A stretch of DNA of 44,550 nt from Bacteroidota bacterium (GTDB taxonomy: Bacteria > Bacteroidota > Bacteroidia > AKYH767-A > 2013-40CM-41-45): contig JAYTXY010000145.1 in the NCBI GenBank assembly GCA_043742705.1, positions 1 through 44,550 of the forward strand. The letters are read 5' to 3'. The position numbers and the translations under genes were made by a program. Of this stretch, positions 38,994 through 44,550 are shown one piece after another. The notes beneath the pieces are model-generated. The model worked only from the letters and a program-made list of their open reading frames with translations, ran no database searches and was not told where the DNA came from. How positions within the stretch are numbered: the stretch's first letter is position 1; each line of letters opens with the position of its first letter.

Positions 38994-39674
38994 ATGAAAA
39001 AAATTGTAGTTTTCACTGGCTCCGGGATCAGTGCTGAGAGCGGATTGAAAACGTTTCGTGACGGTGATGGCTTGTGGGAGAATTACAACATTGAGGATGT
39101 TGCTACGCCCCAGGCATGGCAGCGTAACAGCCTGATGGTACTGGAGTTTTACAACCTCCGTAGAAAACAAGTCCTTGAAGCGAAACCGAATCCTGCTCAT
39201 GTTGCGATTGCGAAGCTTGAAAAGAAATATGATGTGCAGATCATCACCCAGAATATCGATGATCTGCATGAACGTTCCGGCTCTACAAAAGTACTCCATT
39301 TGCATGGTGAGATTCGGAAGTCAAGAAGCACTGTTGATCCGCAGCTTATATATGAAATTGAAGGATGGGAAGTAAATGAAGGAGACAAGTGCGAAAAGGG
39401 ATCGCAGCTTCGACCGCATATTGTTTGGTTTGGTGAAATGGTTCCTGAACTTACCAATGCAGCACGACTGATTTCCGAAGCAGATATTTTTATCGTCATC
39501 GGAACATCGCTCGTTGTTTATCCGGCTGCAGGTTTGGTTGATTACGCACCGATTGAATCAGAAAAATATTTCATTGATCCGAACGCAACGGAAAGCCTGG
39601 CGGATCAGTTTATCATCATCAAAGAAAAAGCGGGAACAGGTGTTCCCTTATTAACAGCAAAATTATTGAAATAG
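38994..39674 (+). CDS. cobB: NAD-dependent protein deacylase (class III sirtuin)
   Basis: GSGISAESG..TFR, FYN.RR, TQNID.LHE, HG, RPHIVWFGE and GTS..VYPAA motifs. Confidence 0.95.
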   Translation: MKKIVVFTGSGISAESGLKTFRDGDGLWENYNIEDVATPQAWQRNSLMVLEFYNLRRKQVLEAKPNPAHVAIAKLEKKYDVQIITQNIDDLHERSGSTKVLHLHGEIRKSRSTVDPQLIYEIEGWEVNEGDKCEKGSQLRPHIVWFGEMVPELTNAARLISEADIFIVIGTSLVVYPAAGLVDYAPIESEKYFIDPNATESLADQFIIIKEKAGTGVPLLTAKLLK

Positions 39675-39684
39675 AGTCCTAAAC

Positions 39685-40287
39685 ATGAGCCACAATTTTT
39701 CAGAGTCTGATTTGTTCCGATGGGGAATCCTCCCGTTGCTTATTTTCTTAGCGCGTATGTGCGATGTCACGCTCGGAACATTAAGAAATGTATTTATATC
39801 AAAAGGGCTGCGCAATGTTGTACCAATCCTTGGCTTTTTTGAAGTCACCATTTGGCTGTTGTCCATCAAGCAGATCATGCAACATCTTGACAACCCATTG
39901 TGCTACGTAGCCTTTGCCGGCGGTTTTGCCATGGGAACATATGTCGGACTATTCGTTGAACGAAGACTTGCAATCGGCATGCAGGTGCTTCGTATTATCA
40001 TCAACCAAAATGCACAACCGCTGATTGACTCACTTCAAAATGCGAATTTCGGAGTCACCATTATTGACGGACATGGAGCAAAAGGACCGGTAAAAATTAT
40101 TTTCACAATTATTAAACGAAAAGACATCGACTTCGTAAGACAGCTCATTCATCAAACGAATCCTACTACGTTCTATTCCATTGAAGACGTTCGAGTTGCA
40201 AGCCAGGGTGTTTTTCCCAACAGTTCCTCGACTTCCGGAACTCTGAACTACATTCGAAGTGTCTTTCCGGACATGAAAGAGAAATGA
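39685..40287 (+). CDS. UPF0316 / DUF2179-domain membrane protein
   Basis: IFLARMCDVTLGTLR, GFFEV.IW, GGFAMG and GVT..G.G motifs. Confidence 0.88.
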   Translation: MSHNFSESDLFRWGILPLLIFLARMCDVTLGTLRNVFISKGLRNVVPILGFFEVTIWLLSIKQIMQHLDNPLCYVAFAGGFAMGTYVGLFVERRLAIGMQVLRIIINQNAQPLIDSLQNANFGVTIIDGHGAKGPVKIIFTIIKRKDIDFVRQLIHQTNPTTFYSIEDVRVASQGVFPNSSSTSGTLNYIRSVFPDMKEK

Positions 40288-40407
40288 ACCGAACATTGTC
40301 AATAACAAATTGAAGATTAATAAATTCTAATTCCAAACGTTCCTAACTTTGCCGGCATACAATCCAAACAACCACTAATTATAAACCCAAACCAAAAAAA
40401 GAAAACA

Positions 40408-41007
40408 ATGAAAAAAAACGTGATTTTAGCATTCGTTGTAGCCGGAGCAATGAGTTTCGCTGCTTGCAACAAAAAAGTTGATGAGAAAACAATGGCAGAC
40501 ATGAATCAGTTCACCACTGATTGGTCAGCTATGGGCGAAAAAGCTACTACCTGGAGCACTCAACTTACTGAGACTTGTCAGCATGCAAAAGACTTTGCTG
40601 CAAAGCAAACTGAAATGATGAACGGAATGATGAGTTCAAAAGACGAGGCAATGAAGACAAAGATGCAGGAAATGACTAAAACTGCAACGGACAATGCAGC
40701 GAGCTGCGATGCGATGATGACTGAGTGGACAACATTCAAAGCTACATGGGATGAAAACACAAAAGCTTTCACTGAGTGGCAGGGAAAAGTTACTAAAGGT
40801 GAAGTTACACCTGATCAGGTTGTTGCAGGCATGACTGACTGGAAAACCAAAATGGCTGATGCTCAGTCAAAAATGGATACCTGGACTACTGCATTCAATG
40901 CTACAAAAGAGTCTTGCGATAAAAATATGGCTGCTGCTGATGAGATGTCAAAATCTATGACTTCAGTTGCAGACCATGCTGCTACACACGTTGGAAAGAA
41001 GAAGTAA
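40408..41007 (+). CDS. Hypothetical Met/Thr-rich alpha-helical lipoprotein
   Basis: Lipobox FAAC; own -7 box (TAACTTTG 40344-40351) and own terminator. Confidence 0.8.
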   Translation: MKKNVILAFVVAGAMSFAACNKKVDEKTMADMNQFTTDWSAMGEKATTWSTQLTETCQHAKDFAAKQTEMMNGMMSSKDEAMKTKMQEMTKTATDNAASCDAMMTEWTTFKATWDENTKAFTEWQGKVTKGEVTPDQVVAGMTDWKTKMADAQSKMDTWTTAFNATKESCDKNMAAADEMSKSMTSVADHAATHVGKKK

Positions 41008-41030
41008 TTTCTTTTTGAAATTTATTGAAG

Positions 41031-41061
41031 AAAGGCTTCGGAATTTCCGGAGCCTTTTTTT
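41031..41061 (+). terminator. Intrinsic terminator, probably bidirectional
   Basis: AAAGGCTTCGGA-ATT-TCCGGAGCCTTT hairpin plus T run between convergent genes. Confidence 0.85.
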
Positions 41062-41080
41062 ATTGTCTAAATCTTTTCGG

Positions 41081-41944
41081 TTAATTCAGGATAAGTTCGG
41101 TGACTACGAAAAGCGCGAATACAATACTGGCAATTCCATTCATTGTAAAGAAAGCACGATTTACTTTGGTGAGGTCGTTTGGCCTTACCAGGGTGTGCTG
41201 ATATATCAGAAGTGATACGAAAACCAGAGCGCCAATCCAGTAAATAAAACTGAAGTGTGCATACATTCCGGCTGCAATAACAAATCCTGCTGAAATAGCA
41301 TGCAGAAACGATGATAGCGTGAGCGCATTGGATTTTCCAAGGAAAGACGGAATGGAATACAATTTATTCTGCTTGTCAAACTCTACATCTTGCAACGCAT
41401 AAATAATATCAAAGCCACTCACCCAGCAAATTACTGCGAACGAAAAAAACAAGGGCAGCCAATCGAACTTTCCGGTTACAGCAATGTATGCTCCGATGGG
41501 TGCAAGCGACAGTCCTATTCCCAGGATAAGATGACAGAGCCAGGTGAATCGTTTTGTAAAAGAATATCCCAACACCACCAACAAGGCAACAGGTGACAGA
41601 TAAAAACAAAGTGAGTTGATTGTATATGTAATCAAAACAAAAAACAGTGAGCTGATTATTACAAGGGAAAGCGCAGCAACAGGAGAAATAATTCCCGAAG
41701 GAATCTCTCTTTGCTTCGTCCTGTCATTTTTTTCATCGATGAATCTGTCAGCATAGCGATTGAAAGCCATCGCTGACGTTCGTGCGAAGATCATGCAGAG
41801 AATTACTTTCAGAAATAACATTCCGTCAAAATGAAATTCCGTTTGACGAATGCCAAGGAAAAAACCAATCACTGCGAAAGGCAGTGCGAATACAGTATGG
41901 CTGAAGGTAACAAGAGAAAGGTAATTCCTGAGATGACGGATCAA
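41081..41944 (-). CDS. UbiA-family polyprenyltransferase, MqnP-like
   Basis: FSHTVFALPFA, ARTSAMAFNR..D..ID..N.RT..R.IP.G, YSFTKRFT and GFDIIYALQD motifs; TTG start. Confidence 0.88.
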   Translation of the reverse strand: MIRHLRNYLSLVTFSHTVFALPFAVIGFFLGIRQTEFHFDGMLFLKVILCMIFARTSAMAFNRYADRFIDEKNDRTKQREIPSGIISPVAALSLVIISSLFFVLITYTINSLCFYLSPVALLVVLGYSFTKRFTWLCHLILGIGLSLAPIGAYIAVTGKFDWLPLFFSFAVICWVSGFDIIYALQDVEFDKQNKLYSIPSFLGKSNALTLSSFLHAISAGFVIAAGMYAHFSFIYWIGALVFVSLLIYQHTLVRPNDLTKVNRAFFTMNGIASIVFALFVVTELILN

Positions 41945-42019
41945 AGCAGCAAGTAGAATTAGAAAGGTACTTCAGGCAGCAAAACTATCTGAAAATTTCA
42001 TTCCTGCAGCATCGTAAAA

Positions 42020-44197
42020 CTAAAGGATAACCAGCTTGCTGGTTTTGAGAATCTTTCCATCCACTACAACTGTGCAGAAGTAAACTCCAGCACGAAGATC
42101 ATCCTTTCTGAGAACAAGACGACTTACAGCTTCATTCAACAAGATACTCCTCACTTCATGTCCAAGCAAATCACAGATTTTAAATTCTGCTTTTTTGAAT
42201 TTAGTGATGGATGAGAGATCATAATGAACGGTTGCTTCGTCAATAAACGGATTCGGGAAAACTGAAAACTCAGCTCCGCTGAAATCATTTTCATGGATTC
42301 CAACTGCACATCCGTGAAGCACGGAATATCCATTTACCTTTCCATTACCCCATTTGTTATCAGGAAGAGAAGACCCGGTGAACACATCCTGATCAGCACA
42401 GGTAAGTATAGCATTCTTAACATCTGCATAGGTTGCAGTTGGATTCTTCTGAAGATAAAGCGCTGCAATTCCCGCAACAACCGGAGAAGACATGGATGTT
42501 CCGTTACTTCTGAAATGTTTTTTTCCGGCAGCTACTTTCTGCGGCTCAACCGCTGAAAGTGTGGTGACAAAAGACTGCGCACCACATGACAATACCCATT
42601 CTCCTGTGGCACTCACATCAGGTTTTATTCTTCCGTCTCGCGTAGGACCACGGCTGGAAAAGGAAGACAGTCTGCCGGGAACGATGGAGGGATCTGTAGT
42701 TTGTCCGAAAATAGAATTCGCATACGTATTCCTGTTTGCATAACTTCCAACCGTTATCACTTTATCGCTGCAGGTAAAGCTACTTGCAATTGTCTGATCT
42801 GTATTCGGCACTTTGTATTTAGCTACAGGTGGAAACACAGATGGATCAGGTATATTGTCTGCTACCATGTTGAAACTCCACGCATCGAGATGTCCCGTTC
42901 CTGTTGCCATAAATCTCCAGAGATACCTCCTGTCCACTCCTACTGTATCATAGGTTGAATCAGGCATAATCAGGAATTGCATTAAGTAAGCACCGTGCAG
43001 GTATTCACCAAATGTTTCAATGATACCTATACGATTGCCATTGAAATAAATTCCGGTGGTATCATCTACAGCAATGTAATTTTGAATCGGAAGAAAAGGC
43101 AATCCTCCCAGGTATTTGTAATCGGGTTGAACGCGATCCACACCCATTGAAAAGTGAACATTAGCAAAATCAGCGCTGTCACTCCAAAGTTCAAGGTAAA
43201 TCGGACCGTTTGAAAATTGAAGCCATGTCATTGCCGTATCACTATTCACATTATATCCGAGATGAATGGGTGCTGCTCCTGCATTTCCCGCTGCACACAC
43301 CAATGATCGACCTGGATGAGCGCTGATCTGGTTGTCAATTGAAACAGCCTGAATGTCTTTTCCATCATGCGAACCGAAGTAAGTTCCCAAACTCAAATTG
43401 AGTACTGCCGGTTCATTCATCAAATCAGCTTTGTCATAAATGTATTTGACAGCATCCACTAAATTAGTCAACAGGTTATCATCACTTTGGTTAAACTCCA
43501 TTTTTACAATGATGATATCTGCATTGGGAGCGACACCTTTGTAGTTATTAACGGCTAAACCATTACCACAAGCTGTTCCCGCAACGTGACTACCATGACT
43601 CGTATTTCCATCGTGATGCAAGGTGGAGGTATCAATCTGGCTTCCCACCCACTCCCTTCCGTAAGCATAGGGAACAGGCGACATAGAAGATGGCCCGGAA
43701 GTCTGATCCCAAACATATTTTATCCGTGTGTTCCCATGCACATCTCTGAAATCAGGATGTGTAAAGTCAATTCCTTCGTCAATAATTCCCATCACCACTC
43801 CTGTTCCGTCATAGCCTTGCGGAAGATTAAAACCTTGCTGCACTTCCCATACATGATTCTTGATGATCATCTGATCGTTCATCACCTGGAGATTCTGACC
43901 GTTATCTTCAATACGAACAACAGAATTTAATTCAGCAAGTGCATGAACCTTATTCAGAGGAAGTTGAACAGCTGCAATGATACCGGCAATTGAATACTTG
44001 AAAACACCGCCCAACTCCTCGGTTTTCCTTTTTATTTCCTTGACATCACCCTGAACCAAAAGTGAAATCTCTTTGGAAAGTAATCTTTCATTTTTTAATC
44101 TTCTCGTCAATGAAAAATTAAACTTAGAACTTTTCTGAGAAAATGCCAGGGACGAAAAAAAAGTAAGCGTAAACAACAGCGCGATAATTCGTTTCAT
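42020..44197 (-). CDS. T9SS-secreted S8 (subtilisin-like) serine protease
   Basis: Signal peptide; catalytic triad GIIDEGID, HGSHVAG, GTSMSSP; AAGN oxyanion motif; C-terminal FPNP..GVYF..KLVI domain. Confidence 0.93.
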   Translation of the reverse strand: MKRIIALLFTLTFFSSLAFSQKSSKFNFSLTRRLKNERLLSKEISLLVQGDVKEIKRKTEELGGVFKYSIAGIIAAVQLPLNKVHALAELNSVVRIEDNGQNLQVMNDQMIIKNHVWEVQQGFNLPQGYDGTGVVMGIIDEGIDFTHPDFRDVHGNTRIKYVWDQTSGPSSMSPVPYAYGREWVGSQIDTSTLHHDGNTSHGSHVAGTACGNGLAVNNYKGVAPNADIIIVKMEFNQSDDNLLTNLVDAVKYIYDKADLMNEPAVLNLSLGTYFGSHDGKDIQAVSIDNQISAHPGRSLVCAAGNAGAAPIHLGYNVNSDTAMTWLQFSNGPIYLELWSDSADFANVHFSMGVDRVQPDYKYLGGLPFLPIQNYIAVDDTTGIYFNGNRIGIIETFGEYLHGAYLMQFLIMPDSTYDTVGVDRRYLWRFMATGTGHLDAWSFNMVADNIPDPSVFPPVAKYKVPNTDQTIASSFTCSDKVITVGSYANRNTYANSIFGQTTDPSIVPGRLSSFSSRGPTRDGRIKPDVSATGEWVLSCGAQSFVTTLSAVEPQKVAAGKKHFRSNGTSMSSPVVAGIAALYLQKNPTATYADVKNAILTCADQDVFTGSSLPDNKWGNGKVNGYSVLHGCAVGIHENDFSGAEFSVFPNPFIDEATVHYDLSSITKFKKAEFKICDLLGHEVRSILLNEAVSRLVLRKDDLRAGVYFCTVVVDGKILKTSKLVIL

Positions 44198-44392
44198 TGA
44201 GAGGATAATTTACGGACTCGTAAGTCGATCTGATTAATCAAAAGTGATACTCTGAAGAGTGCCTTTTTGTTGCACTAAATCAAAATTTTCCAAACCTTCC
44301 AATCTTCAAAAACAGTTACTTTATTGAACAATTTTAACGACATTCGCAGCCTTAAAATGAATTCAAAGTGCAGCTCAAAATTCAAGCAAGCT

Positions 44393-44420
44393 TTGAACTC
44401 AGAACTTTGAACTTTAAACT
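44393..44420. repeat. Heptamer array, TTGAACT family x4
   Basis: TTGAACT CAGAACT TTGAACT TTAAACT, ending 10 nt before the ettA ATG. Confidence 0.8.
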
Positions 44421-44430
44421 GATAAAAGGA

Positions 44431-44550
44431 ATGGCAGACGATAAGAAGATCATTTTCAGTATGGTTGGTGTAAGTAAAATTTACCCACCACAAAAACAAG
44501 TCCTCAAGGATATTTACCTCTCATTTTACTATGGGGCGAAGATCGGTATC
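44431..44550 (+). CDS. ettA: Energy-dependent translational throttle ABC-F protein, 5' part (truncated by window end)
   Basis: MADDKKIIFSMVGVSKIYPPQKQVLKDIYLSFYYGAKIGI matches the EttA N-terminus. Confidence 0.9.
   Translation, partial: MADDKKIIFSMVGVSKIYPPQKQVLKDIYLSFYYGAKIGI

Noticed and set aside
38994-39674. Sirtuin as an anti-phage SIR2 effector (Thoeris/DSR type)
   Set aside because: Typical short CobB deacylase in a housekeeping context with no defence partner genes.
44275-44499. 74-aa minus-strand ORF containing FKVQSSEFK
   Set aside because: It is a translation of the AGTTCAA-family array and is antisense to the ettA start.

Overview
AT-rich Bacteroidota chromosomal window, inferred from TAnnTTTG promoter boxes, a short primary sigma factor lacking region 1.1, T9SS C-terminal domains and several TTG starts. 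Most of it is housekeeping: rpsO (partial), pnp, rpoD, rpe, two FKBPs, nrnA, ndk, dciA-like/recF, ribH, a DEAD-box helicase, osmC, oppABC without an ATPase, a 7TM-HD hydrolase, thiolase, an NlpC/P60 peptidase, clpB, recQ, mpg, rlmI, a MATE transporter, fmt, cobB, a UbiA/MqnP prenyltransferase, an S8 protease and ettA (partial). Three tRNAs (Ser-GCT, Pro-TGG, Arg-TCT) lie at 13.1-13.5 kb. Most interesting observations: (1) a ~320-bp integrase-free unit made of tRNA-Arg, a stand-alone GIY-YIG nuclease gene and a second partial tRNA-Arg copy whose anticodon arm is replaced by a different palindrome carrying the nuclease stop codon; (2) many intergenic spacers hold polarised, degenerate 7- or 8-nt tandem arrays from a few recurring families, often as inverted pairs, including a 33-nt module at or just before three unrelated start codons; (3) a signal-peptide ORF interrupted by an in-frame TAA ahead of a ...LHLAFCVFLI tail; (4) an orphan FeeM-like N-acyl amino acid synthase; (5) a Met-rich, Leu/Ile-poor helical lipoprotein. 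No CRISPR array, integrase, transposase or prophage was seen.
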